Assembly (NCBI GenBank): GCA_003213095.1
Contig: QCNV01000001.1
Span: 25,340-89,339 of the forward strand
From: SAR202 cluster bacterium AG-426-M11
GTDB taxonomy: Bacteria > Chloroflexota > Dehalococcoidia > Lucifugimonadales > UBA826
Reading direction: 5' to 3'
Length of the DNA: 64,000 nucleotides
The translations under genes were made by a program, and so were the position numbers. The first letter of the stretch is position 1. Every line of letters starts with the position of its first letter. Below are positions 37,247 through 47,267 of the stretch, piece after piece. The notes beneath the pieces are model-generated. The model had not been told where the DNA came from. It did no database searches and saw only the letters and a list, made by a program, of their open reading frames with translations.

Positions 37247-37735
37247 ATGAATCAACAATTTAAAGTAGGCATTTTAACCATCAGTGATTCTGGATCAAGT
37301 GGTACAAGAAAAGATGTGAGTGGTCCAATTTTAGAAAAAATTGCTGTTAGCAATAATTTAAAAATTCAACTACAAGAAATTATCCCTGATGATTTTGACA
37401 AGATTCAAGAAACATTAATTGAATGGAGTGATAATGGGGAAGTGGATTTAATTTTATCTACAGGTGGTACAGGCTTAGGACCAAGAGACCGGACACCAGA
37501 AGCTACAAAACTAATCCTAGATATAGAAGTTCCAGGAATATCAGAAATCATGAGAATAAAAACTTTTTCACAAACCCCATTTGCTGTGCTCAGCAGATCA
37601 GTTTCAGGAGTCAGGTCTGGTTGCTTAATAGTTAATTTACCAGGTAGCCCTTCGGGAGTTGAGCAATGTATTAATATCATATTACCTTCCATCAATCATG
37701 CATTAGAGATGATTCGGGGGTGGAAAACACATTAA
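37247..37735 (+). CDS. mog: MogA/MoaB-family molybdenum cofactor biosynthesis protein
   Basis: 162 aa. LSTGGTGLGPRDRTPEAT and NLPGSP motifs. Confidence 0.85.
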   Translation: MNQQFKVGILTISDSGSSGTRKDVSGPILEKIAVSNNLKIQLQEIIPDDFDKIQETLIEWSDNGEVDLILSTGGTGLGPRDRTPEATKLILDIEVPGISEIMRIKTFSQTPFAVLSRSVSGVRSGCLIVNLPGSPSGVEQCINIILPSINHALEMIRGWKTH

Positions 37736-37737
37736 TT

Positions 37738-38493
37738 ATGAAATTCCATATTTTTACATTATTTCCAAAAATGTTTTCGGAAATATTTTCCGATGGAATA
37801 ATAGGTCGGGCCATAAACGAAAACCTTATTGATATTCACATACATAATATTCGTGATTTTAGTAACGATAAACACCTTTCAGTAGATGATTTTCCTTATG
37901 GAGGTGGACCAGGAATGTTAATGAAACCTGAACCAGTATTTAATGCTGTGAACAAAATTAAAAATGACTATCAAATCGGCAATACTTCTCCAATCATTTT
38001 GACCTCACCTCAGGGCGATAAATTGACTCATAATATTGCTCTTCATTTTTCTGAATTCGATGAAATGATTATAATTTGTGGAAGATATGAAGGATTCGAT
38101 GAAAGGATAAGACAAAATTTAGCAACGCATGAGATTAGTTTAGGAGATTTTGTCCTAAGCGGGGGTGAAATTCCAGCAATGGCAATAGTTGATTCAATTT
38201 CTAGATTAATACCTAACGTATTAGGAAGTGATGAATCTGCAAGAAATGATTCATTTTATGAAAACTTTTTGCAATTTCCTCAATACACTCGACCTGAAAA
38301 TTTCCAAGGCATGACAGTTCCTAAAATATTGTTGTCAGGTAATCATCAAGATATAGAAAAATGGCGAAAAACAGAATCAATCAGGAAAACTCTCGAAAGA
38401 CGCCCAGATCTTATTAACTTTAACCAACTCAATGAAGAAGAAAAAGAAATTTACTATCAAATTTTAGACGAAAATTCAAAGGAACTAGAATGA
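37738..38493 (+). CDS. trmD: tRNA (guanine37-N1)-methyltransferase
   Basis: Start at ATG 37738 (MKFHIFTLFP). DDFPYGGGPGM, CGRYEGFDER and GDFVLSGGE motifs. Confidence 0.93.
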   Translation: MKFHIFTLFPKMFSEIFSDGIIGRAINENLIDIHIHNIRDFSNDKHLSVDDFPYGGGPGMLMKPEPVFNAVNKIKNDYQIGNTSPIILTSPQGDKLTHNIALHFSEFDEMIIICGRYEGFDERIRQNLATHEISLGDFVLSGGEIPAMAIVDSISRLIPNVLGSDESARNDSFYENFLQFPQYTRPENFQGMTVPKILLSGNHQDIEKWRKTESIRKTLERRPDLINFNQLNEEEKEIYYQILDENSKELE

Positions 38494-39410
38494 AAGGCAA
38501 AGATTTTTTAAGTATCAAAGATATTATTCCAGAAGAATTTATTCAATTAATTCAAACTGCAAAAGATATGAAAGATCATAAAACTCCTCAAATACTTGAA
38601 GGTAAAACTGCCGCATTAATATTCGAAAAACCATCATTGAGAACTAGGGTAAGTTTTGAAGTAGGGATAAAACAAATGGGAGGTACATCCATTTTTTTGA
38701 GTAATAATGAAATCGGATTAGGAATTCGAGAACCAGTTTCAGACGTAGCAAAGGTTCTAGATAGACTAGTAGACTTAGTGGTCGCTAGAGTTTATTCACA
38801 CGAAAGTCTAATTGCACTATCAAAAAACACTACAGTTCCGGTAATTAATGCTCTTTCAAATACTGCACATCCATGTCAAGCTTTAGGTGATTGCTTAACT
38901 ATCTTCGAACAAAAGGGAACATTAAAAGGACTATCGTTAGCATTCGTTGGGGATGGCAATAATATTGCAGGTAGCCTTGCTTTAGCATGTGCGTATTCTG
39001 GAATGGATTTTGGGATTGCATCACCCGAAAAATACCAATTAAAACCGGAAATCTGGAATGAGGCTAACAAATTAGCTAATTCTAATAATACAAAAATGAA
39101 ATGGTCATCAAATATTCAGGAAATTGTATCAGATGCAGATATTGTCTACACGGATGTGTGGATCAGCATGGGAGACGAAGAAGAAAAAGAAGAAAGACTT
39201 AGTACATTCTCTTCATATCAAGTGAACGAAAAGGTCATTTCCTATGCAAAAAGTGATTGCCTGTTTATGCATGATATGCCCGCACATAGAGGTGAAGAAA
39301 TTTCTGAAAATATGCTTAATCATCCCAATTCTGTTGTATATCAACAAGCTGAAAACAGACTTCATGCTCAAAAGGCAGTAATCAGAAATATATTCGAATC
39401 AAATCATTAA
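38490..39410 (+). CDS. argF: Ornithine carbamoyltransferase-family protein (HDMP in place of HCLP)
   Basis: 306 aa. SLRTR, HPCQ, GDGNN and DVWISMG motifs. The ornithine-site motif reads FMHDMPAHRG. ATGA overlap with trmD. Confidence 0.85.
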   Translation: MKGKDFLSIKDIIPEEFIQLIQTAKDMKDHKTPQILEGKTAALIFEKPSLRTRVSFEVGIKQMGGTSIFLSNNEIGLGIREPVSDVAKVLDRLVDLVVARVYSHESLIALSKNTTVPVINALSNTAHPCQALGDCLTIFEQKGTLKGLSLAFVGDGNNIAGSLALACAYSGMDFGIASPEKYQLKPEIWNEANKLANSNNTKMKWSSNIQEIVSDADIVYTDVWISMGDEEEKEERLSTFSSYQVNEKVISYAKSDCLFMHDMPAHRGEEISENMLNHPNSVVYQQAENRLHAQKAVIRNIFESNH

Positions 39411-39411
39411 A

Positions 39412-40737
39412 ATGTCTGTTCAAAGTAAGCCCTTAGTATCCATAGTTGGTAGACCAAATGTAGGTAAATCTACATTATTCAATAGAATTACTGGCCAAAG
39501 ATCTGCCATTGTATCTGATATTTCAGGAACCACTAGAGATAGGGTTTTACAAGAAACTGAATGGGGTGGTTCTCATTTCACATTAGTTGACACAGGAGGA
39601 TTAGAATTATTTCCCGAATCCGTAATCTTAAAACAAGTAGAAGAACAAATACTCTTTGCTATTGAAGAAAGTGATGTAATCATTATCTTAGTAGATATTT
39701 CCGTGGAAATTACTGTTTCTGACAGGGAAATCTGTGATTTGGTTAGGAAAACCGGGAAACCAACAATTTTAGCTGCTAATAAATCAGACAATGACAACAG
39801 AGAAAATCTTATTTTCGATTTATATGAACTTGGATTAGGAAACCCAATTCCCATAAGTGCGTACCACAACAAAGGTATAGATGATTTAATGGCAAATGTC
39901 ATTCAAAAATTTCCTTCAAAATCCAAATTTTCAGAACTCGATAGCGATCTAAACTTATCAATTATCGGAAGAACCAATGTTGGAAAATCATCTTTAATAA
40001 ACACTTTAACTGGTGAAAAAAGATCCATAGTAAGTGAAGAAGCAGGTACTACTCGTGATGCATTGGACACTCTAATTAATTTTCAAAGTCAAGACATCAA
40101 ATTAATAGATACAGCCGGAATTAGAAGAAGGGGTAAGATAGAACAGGGAATTGAAAAATACAGTATTCTCCGTGCAGTGAGAGCAATAAATCGTAGCCAC
40201 GTTGCAGGAATTGTAATTGATGCCACTGAATCAGCAACATCTCAAGATACTCACATAGCTAGTTATGTAATTGATGCTCTTAAAGGATTTTTTATTATTG
40301 TAAACAAATGGGATATGTCTAAAGAATTAGGCATGAATAAACAAAGGATAACTGCAGAAATTAGAGAAGCATTTAAATTTGCTAGTTACGCACCAATAAT
40401 ATTTACATCTGCATTAACCGGTTCTGGGATACCTGATATCCTTACCACTGCAATGAGAGTTAAATCAGAATGGTCTAAAGAAATCCCAAGACCTGACGTT
40501 AGGAAAACTATAATGTCTGCAGTAGCCGAACATCCTCCAGCAACTAAAGGCAAAAGAGAATTAAAAATTTATAGCGCTGTACAAGATGGATCAAAACCCC
40601 CAAGTTTCACTTTTTTTGTGAACCATTCTGACATGATTCATTTCTCTTACCAAAGATATCTAGAAAATATACTTCGTAATAATTTTGGATTTGAAGGAAG
40701 CCCACTAAGAGTCAGGTTTAAAGGTTGGAAAACTTAA
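39412..40737 (+). CDS. der: Ribosome-associated GTPase Der/EngA
   Basis: 441 aa. Two G domains (GRPNVGKST and GRTNVGKSS) plus a KH-like C-terminus. Confidence 0.95.
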   Translation: MSVQSKPLVSIVGRPNVGKSTLFNRITGQRSAIVSDISGTTRDRVLQETEWGGSHFTLVDTGGLELFPESVILKQVEEQILFAIEESDVIIILVDISVEITVSDREICDLVRKTGKPTILAANKSDNDNRENLIFDLYELGLGNPIPISAYHNKGIDDLMANVIQKFPSKSKFSELDSDLNLSIIGRTNVGKSSLINTLTGEKRSIVSEEAGTTRDALDTLINFQSQDIKLIDTAGIRRRGKIEQGIEKYSILRAVRAINRSHVAGIVIDATESATSQDTHIASYVIDALKGFFIIVNKWDMSKELGMNKQRITAEIREAFKFASYAPIIFTSALTGSGIPDILTTAMRVKSEWSKEIPRPDVRKTIMSAVAEHPPATKGKRELKIYSAVQDGSKPPSFTFFVNHSDMIHFSYQRYLENILRNNFGFEGSPLRVRFKGWKT

Positions 40738-40738
40738 A

Positions 40739-41422
40739 ATGCCAACAACTATTATATTTGGAATATTAGCAATTGTTTTTGGATACCTATGCGGCTCTAT
40801 TCCTGTCGGACTTTGGATTGGAAAACTAGTCATAAAAGCAGACATCAGGAATTACGGTAGCGGCACCACGGGAGCAACAAATGTTATTAGAACATGTGGA
40901 TTCAAATGGGGAGTTCTAGTTTTTTTCATAGATATTCTGAAATCTATCATTCCTACATTTCTCACTGTTGTTGCCAGTAATAATGAAATAGTTCCTATAT
41001 GGACTCCCCCATTGATTGGAATGAGCATAATGATTGGACATAATTGGCCTATTTTTGCAAATTTTCACGGCGGAAAAGGTGTCGCAGTTGGGTTAGCAAC
41101 ATTGTTTATAATGTCACCATTCTCAGGGATTCTAGCATTTTCAATTGCTATACCAATAATGTTATTAACTAAATATGTTTCTGTAGGTTCAATGATTGGG
41201 TCTACAGTAGGTGGGATTGGCTTATTTTTACAAATTACAATGGAAAATTTTCCTGTAGAAATCATTCAATCTAGGGATTTCTCATATGCAATTTTTGCAA
41301 TTGGTGGCACAGCATTAACGCTATACAAACATAAAGACAATGTACAGAGACTTTTAAAAGGACAGGAAATGAAACTTGGAGAACCCGCTAAAAAAATCAA
41401 GTCGCAGGAATTTAATGACTAA
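40739..41422 (+). CDS. plsY: Glycerol-3-phosphate acyltransferase PlsY
   Basis: 227 aa. GSGTTGATNV and HNWPIFANFHGGKGVA motifs. Multi-TM. Confidence 0.9.
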   Translation: MPTTIIFGILAIVFGYLCGSIPVGLWIGKLVIKADIRNYGSGTTGATNVIRTCGFKWGVLVFFIDILKSIIPTFLTVVASNNEIVPIWTPPLIGMSIMIGHNWPIFANFHGGKGVAVGLATLFIMSPFSGILAFSIAIPIMLLTKYVSVGSMIGSTVGGIGLFLQITMENFPVEIIQSRDFSYAIFAIGGTALTLYKHKDNVQRLLKGQEMKLGEPAKKIKSQEFND

Positions 41423-42422
41423 AATTTCAATAGTAGGTGCAACAACTTGGGGAACTACACTTGCGATAGTTAATGCTATCGGAAATCAAGAAAATGAAAT
41501 ATTTCTTCTAACTCGTTCACAAGATGAAACTACAAAACTAGAGAATGAGAATCAAAATTCCAAATTTCTCCCTGGATATTCATTTCCGAATAATATAAAC
41601 ATTACAAATTCGCAATCTGAAGCATTAGAAAACACAGATTTAGTAATCTTAGCCGTTCCAAGTATCACGTTTAGAGAAAACTTAATAAATATTAAGGATT
41701 TTATTTCATCAAATTCAATTTTACTAAGTGCTACCAAAGGAATTGAAATTTCATCCGGATTAAGAATGACACAAATAATAAAAAATGAAATATCAAATGT
41801 TTCAGATCAAAATATTTGCGTATTATCAGGACCTAATTTGGCAAAAGAAATAATTCAAGGCAAACCTTGTTCTAGTGTAGTTGCTAGTTCTGATGAAAAC
41901 ACAATAAATACAGTTCAAGAGATTTTAAACTCAGAACTTTTCAGACTGTACGGGAATACTGACATCATAGGAGTAGAAATTGCTGGCGCAATGAAAAACA
42001 TAACTGCTATAGCATCTGGAATTTCGGATGGGTTAAATTTTGGAGACAATGCTAAATCATCTTTAATTACTAGAGGATTAGCAGAGATGACTCGTTTAGG
42101 GGTAGCAATGGGAGCAAAACAATCAACATTTTCTGGACTAGCCGGAATGGGAGATTTGATCGCTACTTGCTCCTCACCTCAAAGTAGAAACACTCAGCTA
42201 GGAATGAGACTAGGACAAGGAGAAACCTTAAAAAACATTCAATCATCTATGGTAAATGTTGCAGAAGGTGTTTCTACTACTAAAGCTGTAATAAACATAT
42301 CAAAATCTATGAAAATAAATATGCCATTAGCAGAAGCAGTATTTAAGGTATTATTCGAAAACATTAAACCTCTAGACGCATACAAATCTCTAATGAATAG
42401 AACTACCAAACTAGAAATTTAG
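41415..42422 (+). CDS. gpsA: NAD(P)H-dependent glycerol-3-phosphate dehydrogenase
   Basis: Start at ATG 41415 (MTKISIVGATTWGT), overlapping the plsY end by 8 nt. LSGPNLAKE and GALKNI-like AGAMKNI motifs. Confidence 0.92.
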   Translation: MTKISIVGATTWGTTLAIVNAIGNQENEIFLLTRSQDETTKLENENQNSKFLPGYSFPNNINITNSQSEALENTDLVILAVPSITFRENLINIKDFISSNSILLSATKGIEISSGLRMTQIIKNEISNVSDQNICVLSGPNLAKEIIQGKPCSSVVASSDENTINTVQEILNSELFRLYGNTDIIGVEIAGAMKNITAIASGISDGLNFGDNAKSSLITRGLAEMTRLGVAMGAKQSTFSGLAGMGDLIATCSSPQSRNTQLGMRLGQGETLKNIQSSMVNVAEGVSTTKAVINISKSMKINMPLAEAVFKVLFENIKPLDAYKSLMNRTTKLEI

Positions 42423-43150
42423 ACGTCAAAATCTCCTGATTCATATAACAAAATACTTGAAATCACAGATCCAGCAGTCTCAGATCTAAAAATTCGCTTT
42501 CCAAGAGATAATGAAATCGCTCCATTTAATTTAGCGTAATCTATCTCATCAGCACTAAACCCTCCCACTGGGCCGATAAATATATTAATCGGGGAAGTCA
42601 AACCATTATTTATTAATGGCTTTAGATTCAATTTCATTTCCTTCTCCCAAGGAATCAAAATTGATCCTTTAAGGATATTTTGAATAGAGCAACGAAAGTT
42701 TTGCGTTTCATTTAATTGGGGCAAATAAGACCTGCCATTCTGTTCAGATGACTCTTGAATAATTTTTTTCCAACGAATTATCCTATTAGTACTAGGAGGC
42801 TGTACTTCAGTTCTCTCAGAAATTATGGGGGTAAATGTTGTCACTCCAACTTCAACACACTTCTGTAAAGCATACTCAAATCTTTCTGCTTTGATTAAAG
42901 ATTGAAACAAATGAATTTTCACTTTTGGTTCATTGTCTATCAAATATGAATTGATAACAGAACCATTTGAAACATTTTTATTGATCTGATCTAACTGAAT
43001 AACAGCTTCTTTACCTTTACCGTTAAAACCAATCACCTGATCTCCTTCTCGCATACGAAAAACACGGGTAATCTGATTTGAGATTTCTTCTGAAAATTCA
43101 ATCTGAAACCTATCATCAAAATTTGAATCAATAAAAAATCTATGCATCAT
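42419..43150 (-). CDS. rsmE: 16S rRNA (uracil1498-N3)-methyltransferase
   Basis: 243 aa. MHRFFI N-terminus, C-terminal IGPVGGFS...LG.RI.R.ETA SPOUT motif. Confidence 0.85.
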   Translation of the reverse strand: MMHRFFIDSNFDDRFQIEFSEEISNQITRVFRMREGDQVIGFNGKGKEAVIQLDQINKNVSNGSVINSYLIDNEPKVKIHLFQSLIKAERFEYALQKCVEVGVTTFTPIISERTEVQPPSTNRIIRWKKIIQESSEQNGRSYLPQLNETQNFRCSIQNILKGSILIPWEKEMKLNLKPLINNGLTSPINIFIGPVGGFSADEIDYAKLNGAISLSLGKRIFRSETAGSVISSILLYESGDFDV

Positions 43151-43156
43151 TCCTCA

Positions 43157-44065
43157 TTATTTTCTACTTATCTGCAAAGCGATCCAGTCATTATCTGTCA
43201 AAAGTTCATCTATTTTATAGTTAAATATTTCGATTAAATTCTCAACTTTATGTAATGAATCTTTTAAAATCCCTGAAAGGATCATGTTACCTGTTTCGTG
43301 TAAATTAAAATCCAATTTTTCAAAAGTTTCTAGAATAATTTTTGTAGATATATTAGCTATTACCAAATTAAATTTAATATTAGGAATAAGAGATTGATTG
43401 AATTCATCATTAATTAGCATCACATTTTCTTGAACATTATTTTGTACTAAATTTTCATTTGCAGATTTAATTGCATTGGGTTCAATTTCGATGCCCACAC
43501 ATTTTTTAGCCCCTAATTTGGTGGCTGCAATAGAAAGTATCCCTGAACCGCTTCCAAAATCCAAAACAGAACTATTATTTTGGATTACCTCCTCTAACAG
43601 CTCTAAGCACATTCTAGTAGTAGGATGGTGGCCTGTACCGAAGGCCATTCCCGGATCTAAATAAATCAACTTTCTAGATTGATTATTTTCTACTGCTCTC
43701 CAAGAGGGACAAATTAGTATTTTTTGACCAACTGGTATTGGGAAAAAATACTCTTTCCATTTATTTTGCCAATCATCATCAGTAATTTCTCTAGTTCGCA
43801 ATTCTCCCATAGGGCATAAAATTGAAACTAATTTTAGTCCAACTTCAATATTAGCTAATCTTTGTTGAGTAGTGTGATCAAAGGGAAGATAAGTTCGAAT
43901 AGTTAAAAAATCTGGTACAGGTGGTTTTTCCCCTTCATCAGGGTTGTATCCTGCAATGGAATCAACTGCAGTTCCTCCTTCTCCATATTTATAAAAAACA
44001 TGAGAAAGAGGTTCTACAAATTCAGGAGGGCATTCTAAACTAATTTCAAGCCATTTTTTACAAAT
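43157..44065 (-). CDS. prmA: Ribosomal protein L11 methyltransferase, probable non-canonical (ATT) start
   Basis: The methyltransferase domain (LDFGSGSGILSIAA) is in the track ORF 43157..43810. The same frame continues upstream without a stop and encodes the PrmA N-domain (KWLEISLECPPEFVEPLSHVFYKYGEGG...). There is no ATG/GTG/TTG after the in-frame TAA at 44089-44087. ATT at 44065-44063 follows AAGG by 9 nt. Confidence 0.8.
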   Translation of the reverse strand: MCKKWLEISLECPPEFVEPLSHVFYKYGEGGTAVDSIAGYNPDEGEKPPVPDFLTIRTYLPFDHTTQQRLANIEVGLKLVSILCPMGELRTREITDDDWQNKWKEYFFPIPVGQKILICPSWRAVENNQSRKLIYLDPGMAFGTGHHPTTRMCLELLEEVIQNNSSVLDFGSGSGILSIAATKLGAKKCVGIEIEPNAIKSANENLVQNNVQENVMLINDEFNQSLIPNIKFNLVIANISTKIILETFEKLDFNLHETGNMILSGILKDSLHKVENLIEIFNYKIDELLTDNDWIALQISRK

Positions 44066-44076
44066 ATTTTTATACC

Positions 44077-45201
44077 TTAACGTTGTTTAAATCTTCTAAA
44101 AAAGCTCTTATCATCTTTATTTTCAGTCTCAGCTTCTGGAAGAGAATCCAGTAGTTTTTTAAACAATTTCTTTTGTTCATCAGATAATTTTCTTGGAATC
44201 TGCACTTCAACTGTAACTAATTGATCCCCTCTCCTAGTTCCTCTTAATTGTGCAACTCCTTTTCCTTTTAACCTAAACATTTGCAGACTTTGAGTACCAG
44301 ATGGAATTTGTAATTCTTCTTCACCATCTAAGGTGGGAACTAACACATTAGCCCCCAAAGTAGCTTGGGCAATATTGATTGGTAGCTTATAGAGAATATT
44401 AATCCCATCACGAACAAAGTAATCATGATCCTTAATCTTAAAGGCTACATATAAATCACCTGGAGGCCCTCCATTAGATCCGTGTTCACCTTCACCAGTC
44501 AATCTGATATGAGTATCTTCCTCAATACCTGGAGGAATGGTTACAGCTAATTTACGTTTATTGCGTTCTTTTCCTTGACCTCTACATTGGGTACATGGTG
44601 AAGTAATTGATTTACCTTCTCCTTTACAAGCAGAACAATCTCCAACCTGAACAACTTGTCCAAATAAACTTTGTTGAGCTCTCCTAACCTGTCCAGTACC
44701 ATTACATGATGAGCAAGAGATAATAGGAGTCCCTGGTTCATTTTTAGCTCCTCTACATTTAGAACAAGATTCTGTTCTGTTTATGTCAAATTCTTTTTCA
44801 GTTCCAAATACTGCATCTTCAAAAGTTATGGGCATAGTATATTGAAGATCAGAACCTCTTCTTGCAGAATTTTTACTTCTAGCACCTCCACCAAACCCTG
44901 AACCCCCAAAAAAGGAATCAAAAATATCGCCAAATCCTGAAATATCGCCAAATCCTCCGCCCATTCCTGAATTATTCAGTCCAGAATGTCCAAACCTATC
45001 ATACTGTGCTCTTTTATCTTTATCTGAAAGAATTTGATAAGCTTCATTAACTTCTTTAAATTTTTCCTCAGCTCCTGCCTCTTTATTTCTATCAGGATGA
45101 TATTGAAGGGCAAGTTTTCTAAATGCTTTTTTTAATTCTTCGTCATTAGCGTTTCTAGAAACGCCCAATACTTCATAATAATCTCTTTTTTGAGTAGTCA
45201 T
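44077..45201 (-). CDS. dnaJ: Molecular chaperone DnaJ
   Basis: 374 aa. J domain with HPD, G/F-rich region, four CxxCxGxG zinc motifs. Confidence 0.96.
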   Translation of the reverse strand: MTTQKRDYYEVLGVSRNANDEELKKAFRKLALQYHPDRNKEAGAEEKFKEVNEAYQILSDKDKRAQYDRFGHSGLNNSGMGGGFGDISGFGDIFDSFFGGSGFGGGARSKNSARRGSDLQYTMPITFEDAVFGTEKEFDINRTESCSKCRGAKNEPGTPIISCSSCNGTGQVRRAQQSLFGQVVQVGDCSACKGEGKSITSPCTQCRGQGKERNKRKLAVTIPPGIEEDTHIRLTGEGEHGSNGGPPGDLYVAFKIKDHDYFVRDGINILYKLPINIAQATLGANVLVPTLDGEEELQIPSGTQSLQMFRLKGKGVAQLRGTRRGDQLVTVEVQIPRKLSDEQKKLFKKLLDSLPEAETENKDDKSFFRRFKQR

Positions 45202-45252
45202 ATAATTCCAAGCTTAAAATTTAAATATATTATATAGTAGCAAAAGTAGTAT

Positions 45253-46149
45253 TTAACCACATTGTAGTTTTGCAGCCTGTAATGTGTTTCTAAGTAACAT
45301 AGCTATGGTCATCGGCCCTACTCCACCCGGCACAGGAGTAATAGCTTTAGATTTCAATTTAACTGATTCAAATTCAACATCTCCAACCAATCTATAACCT
45401 CGCTTAGTCATAGAAGACTTTACTCTATTAATTCCAACATCGATTACTACTACATTTTCTTTAACCATGTCTTCAGTTACAAAATTAGGAATTCCAATTG
45501 CTGCAATTACAATGTCAGCATTAATAGTAATTTTTTTTAAATTTGTAGTACGACTGTGACAAAGTGAAACTGTGGCATTTCCACCGATAGATTTCATAGA
45601 TAATAAGTTTGCTAAAGGCCTTCCAACAATATTACTTCTACCCAATATCGCAACATGCTTTCCATCTGGATTCGAATCATTTCTAAGTAATAATTCTCTT
45701 ATCCCTGCTGGAGTAGCAGGAATAAAACGTGGTGTTCCAGCAGATAATAATCCCGAATTAAAAGGGTGCAATCCATCAACATCTTTAATAGGATCAATTT
45801 TTTGAACAATTTTTTCTTCTGAAATATGAGTAGGAAGTGGAAGTTGAACTAATATTCCATGAATTTCTTTAGATAAATTTAGATTTTCAATAATTTGCAA
45901 TAAATCTTTTTCAGATACAGTGGAAGGTAAATTAATTGTTTGCCCTGCCATACCACTCGCTATAGCAGCTTTTTCTTTATTCTTTACATATATCGATGAA
46001 GCAGGATCATCTCCAACTAAAATTACAGCTAAACCAGGAGTAACTAAAAAACTATCCTGAAAAGATTTAGTTTCATTAGCTACCTCAAGTTTAATTTCTT
46101 GTGAAATTTTTTGACCATCTATAATAGTAGTTTTCAAATAATCCCTCAC
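45253..46149 (-). CDS. folD: Bifunctional methylenetetrahydrofolate dehydrogenase/cyclohydrolase
   Basis: 298 aa. VQLPLP and PGGVGPMT motifs. The start may be TTG 46137 after a GAGGGA SD rather than GTG 46149. Confidence 0.93.
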   Translation of the reverse strand: MRDYLKTTIIDGQKISQEIKLEVANETKSFQDSFLVTPGLAVILVGDDPASSIYVKNKEKAAIASGMAGQTINLPSTVSEKDLLQIIENLNLSKEIHGILVQLPLPTHISEEKIVQKIDPIKDVDGLHPFNSGLLSAGTPRFIPATPAGIRELLLRNDSNPDGKHVAILGRSNIVGRPLANLLSMKSIGGNATVSLCHSRTTNLKKITINADIVIAAIGIPNFVTEDMVKENVVVIDVGINRVKSSMTKRGYRLVGDVEFESVKLKSKAITPVPGGVGPMTIAMLLRNTLQAAKLQCG

Positions 46150-46196
46150 TCAAAAAAGATACCATAAGTAAATTCAGTTTGATATAAAATAGTTTA

Positions 46197-46577
46197 ATGT
46201 TAATTACAGGTATAGATATTATAGAGATTAAGCGTGTCGGCAGATTAGCTACACTATATGGAGATAGATTTTTAAAAAGAATTTATACCCCTAACGAATT
46301 AAAATATTGCCGGGGACGAAGTGCTCAATTAGCTAGTAGATTTGCAGCCAAAGAAGCAGTCATGAAGGCATTAGGCACAGGTATTAGAGGGGTTAGTTGG
46401 AAAGATATAGAAGTTACTCGTAACAGAGGAAAGGCTCCTTACGTTACATTAAATGGAAGAGCAAAAATTAGGGCTGATCAAATGGAGTTAATAGAACTGA
46501 ATCTCTCACTATCGCATTCAAAAGACTTCGCTGTAGCCTCTATAGTAGGGAAATCAAATAAAGGAAACCTAATTTAA
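46197..46577 (+). CDS. acpS: Holo-[acyl-carrier-protein] synthase
   Basis: 126 aa. GIDIIEI and FAAKEAVMKALG motifs. Confidence 0.9.
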   Translation: MLITGIDIIEIKRVGRLATLYGDRFLKRIYTPNELKYCRGRSAQLASRFAAKEAVMKALGTGIRGVSWKDIEVTRNRGKAPYVTLNGRAKIRADQMELIELNLSLSHSKDFAVASIVGKSNKGNLI

Positions 46578-47263
46578 CGATTTTCTCCGTGCCAGACTCT
46601 TAAGTATTCCACTAATTCCCATCGATCTTCTTCATTCAAAAGGTATTTAAACATTGGCATAATAGCTGGAGAATCTTTACCACGCTTTGCCGAAGAATAA
46701 CCCGGCCTTCCACCCCAAGTAATATAGGAAAAAATCTCTCCATCACTCAATTCCCAAACTCTTTCAGAATTCAAATTCACTGGTGCTGCTCCGTCATCAG
46801 GTCCGTAAGCTAAAGAACCATCATTCCTACCACTAAGAATAGATGTAATAGGACCTTGCCCTTGTAAATCGGTTCCATGACATACAGCACAGTTATAATT
46901 ATAAACTTTAGCAGCATTGTCAAAATCAAAATTAGATTTAACGTTCTCAGGAATTTTCCATTCCTTAATTTCTTCAATTTCAAAAGACACTAATTCTGCT
47001 CCCGTAATGGGCACAGATCCTTCTGGGGGTAAAATCCTAGGAACCTCTTGAGATCTATAAGAGGGAGAATAATGCATTTCAGAAAAAACCATCACCTGGT
47101 GAGAACCAGTTTCAGGAAATGCGGGAAGCTTGAAGTTAATTGCAGGCCCCCACGTCACCTCACCAGTAGCAGTGTTGTAGCATCCAACAAACAAAAGCAA
47201 TAACGAAATTGTTAAACAAATTCTTAATATTGATTTTTGAATATGATTAAAAACCATTTTCAT
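46574..47263 (-). CDS. actE: Alternative complex III monoheme cytochrome c lipoprotein (ActE-like)
   Basis: 229 aa. Lipobox LFVGC, a single CAVCH heme motif, last gene of the act operon. Its stop shares TTAA with the acpS stop. Confidence 0.8.
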   Translation of the reverse strand: MKMVFNHIQKSILRICLTISLLLLFVGCYNTATGEVTWGPAINFKLPAFPETGSHQVMVFSEMHYSPSYRSQEVPRILPPEGSVPITGAELVSFEIEEIKEWKIPENVKSNFDFDNAAKVYNYNCAVCHGTDLQGQGPITSILSGRNDGSLAYGPDDGAAPVNLNSERVWELSDGEIFSYITWGGRPGYSSAKRGKDSPAIMPMFKYLLNEEDRWELVEYLRVWHGENR

Positions 47264-47267
47264 TAAA

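Noticed and set aside
43811-44065. prmA as a frameshifted or truncated pseudogene
   Set aside because: The N-domain and the methyltransferase domain are in the same frame with no intervening stop. Only the start codon is unusual.
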